40,031 bases of DNA from a virus. Location of the stretch: IMG/VR virus record IMGVR_UViG_3300037540_000292, positions 1-40,031 of that record. One strand, written 5' to 3'. Position 1 is the stretch's first letter; every line of letters starts with the position of its first letter. Shown one piece after another: positions 39,867-40,031 of this stretch. The position numbers and the translations under genes are program-made. The notes beneath the pieces were generated by a model. That model saw only the letters and a program-made list of their open reading frames with translations. It did no database searches and had not been told where the DNA came from.

Positions 39867-39904
39867 CACTAAGTTTTAATAAAGCAAGGTAGAGGGGGGG
39901 TGGG

Positions 39905-40031
39905 GAAAATGAAATTAAAAATCAGGGTAGGAATTAGGCGGTTAATTAACAAGATAAAGTTGCAGTGGTTGTTTTGGAAAGGGCGGTGAAAATCAATGAA
40001 AATCTATAAAACGCAAGAAGAAGTGGAAAGA
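39905..40031. repeat. Direct terminal repeat, right copy (identical to 1..127)
   Basis: Exact 127-bp match to the window start. It includes the first 36 nt of the 92..439 gene. Confidence 0.97.

Noticed and set aside
1-40031. Alternative genetic code or stop-codon recoding (considered because of the tRNA-like elements)
   Set aside because: TAA, TGA and TAG all terminate well-supported genes, and the long genes have no in-frame stops under the standard code.

Overview
The window looks like one complete genome of an AT-rich tailed dsDNA phage. Bases 1..127 are repeated exactly at 39905..40031, so the unit length is 39,904 bp, either circular or terminally redundant. Coding is dense and almost entirely on the + strand, with many ATGA/TAATG start-stop overlaps. 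Layout: (i) 92..10986 holds early, replication and recombination genes. These include a pentapeptide-repeat protein, a possible annealing protein, a Cas4-like PD-(D/E)XK exonuclease, VRR-NUC, YopX, a DUF4373-like initiator, two orphan DNA methyltransferases, an OmpA/Pal-like lipoprotein and a proteasome-beta/HslV-like Ntn hydrolase. (ii) 11023..32726 holds packaging and morphogenesis genes: TerS, TerL, a portal fused to a MuF domain, a Mu I-like protease/scaffold, a decoration protein, the major capsid, Mu gp36-like and gpG-like proteins, tail tube, chaperones, tape measure, and fibres including a 1431-aa fibre with collar and S74 chaperone domains. The absence of a sheath gene suggests a non-contractile tail. 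(iii) 32727..39830 holds membrane proteins, the single minus-strand gene, sigma70-like promoters, many small ORFs and an M15 endolysin. I recognised no integrase, repressor, transposase, reverse transcriptase, CRISPR array or canonical tRNA. The observations most worth a second look are: a 159-codon +1-frame ORF nested in the C5-methyltransferase gene, whose translation also carries conserved-looking motifs; two non-canonical tRNA-like elements, each just upstream of a mini zinc-ribbon ORF; iteron-like repeats at two loci; the phage-borne proteasome-like hydrolase; and signal-peptide proteins inside the head module. All functional calls rest on motif recognition by eye, because no database search was possible.
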